Shown here piece after piece: positions 63,082-64,000 of a DNA stretch of 64,000 nucleotides. Where the stretch lies: NCBI GenBank assembly GCA_943787795.1, contig CALSNU010000006.1:480001-544000 (forward strand). Reading direction: 5' to 3'. A model generated the notes under the pieces. It worked only from the letters and a program-made list of their open reading frames with translations, searched no databases and was not told where the DNA came from. Position numbers and translations under genes: made by a program. The stretch's first letter is position 1; every line of letters starts with the position of its first letter. Origin of the DNA: an uncultured bacterium. Its GTDB lineage: Bacteria; Planctomycetota; UBA1135; GCA-002686595.

Positions 63082-64000
63082 CCCCATCGGCGACCGCGCG
63101 CTCTCGCGCCGACGCTTCCTGGAGACGACCTCCACGGGCTTCGGGATGCTCGCCCTGGCCGGGCTCACCGCCGAGACCTCCATGGCGGGCGTCCGCCGCG
63201 CGGTGGAGCGCGAGGCCGCGCGGCGCCAGGCGAAGCACGTGATCTTCTGCTTCATGTCCGGCGGCGTGTCCCAGGTGGACTCCTTCGACCCCAAGCCCGA
63301 GCTGGAGCGCCTCCACGGCCAGCCCATGCCGGTGGCGGTGCAGCGGACCCAGTTCAACAACAACGGCAACGTGATGGCGTCGCCCTTCCGCTTCAACCGG
63401 CACGGGGAGAGCGGGCTCGCCGTCAGCTCGATGTTCCCCCACATCGCCACGGTGGCGGACGAGCTGGCGGTCATCCGCTCCATGACCAGCAGCGTCAACG
63501 AGCACGCCCAGGGCAACTTCCTCATGCACACGGGCTTCCCGTTCCTGGGGCACCCCAGCGCGGGCTCCTGGCTCCACTACGGCCTCGGCAGCGCGAGCGA
63601 GGACCTGCCGGGGTTCGTCGTGCTCCAGGCCGGCGGCGCGGTGCCTCCCCACGGTGGCGTCGGGCTCTTCAGCAGCGGCTTCCTGCCCGCCCATCACCAG
63701 GCCTCGGTCCTGGTTGCCGACCGGGACCCCGCCGTCCGCAACGTCGCCCCGGCCCTCGGTCCGAAGGCGCAGCGTCGCCAGCTCGACCTGATCGCGGAGC
63801 TGGACGCAGGCTTCCTGGAGCGCTCCCCTGACCGCGACCTCGAGGCGACCATCAGGAACTACGAGACCGCCTTCCGGATGCAGACCGCGGTCCCGGAGGT
63901 CTGCGCCATCGACGGGGAGACCGCCGCCACCCGCGCGCTCTACGGGCTGGACGACCCTGAGCCCACCAAGGCCGCCTACGCGCGCCAGTGCCTCCTGGCC
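63071..64000 (+). CDS. DUF1501 domain protein (Tat signal), truncated by the window end
   Basis: [17 protein letters not shown]..., [44 protein letters not shown]. Confidence 0.92.
   Translation, partial: MSADPIGDRALSRRRFLETTSTGFGMLALAGLTAETSMAGVRRAVEREAARRQAKHVIFCFMSGGVSQVDSFDPKPELERLHGQPMPVAVQRTQFNNNGNVMASPFRFNRHGESGLAVSSMFPHIATVADELAVIRSMTSSVNEHAQGNFLMHTGFPFLGHPSAGSWLHYGLGSASEDLPGFVVLQAGGAVPPHGGVGLFSSGFLPAHHQASVLVADRDPAVRNVAPALGPKAQRRQLDLIAELDAGFLERSPDRDLEATIRNYETAFRMQTAVPEVCAIDGETAATRALYGLDDPEPTKAAYARQCLLA

Overview
Very GC-rich bacterial chromosomal segment, most likely Planctomycetota: it has two PSD1/planctomycete-cytochrome-c + DUF1501 gene pairs, sulfatases, and secreted proteins with a shared C-terminal domain. 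An OM190/'Saltatorellus'-like lineage is my guess only. About 47 protein-coding genes can be supported. They include a menaquinone-type cluster (ubiA/mqnP, ubiX, CPBP protease, ubiE/menG), a 1073-aa surface lipoprotein behind a sigma54-like promoter, ruvB-spoIID-tgt, panD, larC, comF, fpr, an ABC exporter, an Sfp-type PPTase, two sulfatases, CDF, DsbB, a CarF/TMEM189-type desaturase, a DAG-kinase-family enzyme, a COG0523 GTPase, and tricorn protease. I saw no rRNA, tRNA, CRISPR array, transposase or phage genes. Most notable: (1) more than a dozen unrelated short tandem-repeat arrays with stepwise drift, several seeded on stop codons; (2) a ~140-aa C-terminal domain shared by two otherwise different proteins, a candidate sorting/anchoring signal; (3) a CarF-like desaturase, a candidate for plasmalogen synthesis; (4) a Tgt lacking its zinc-binding cysteines; (5) a VanZ membrane protein with two RHH-like C-terminal motifs; (6) small ORFs below the ORF-track cutoff. 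All family calls come from motif recognition by eye, with no searches run, and many start codons are best guesses.
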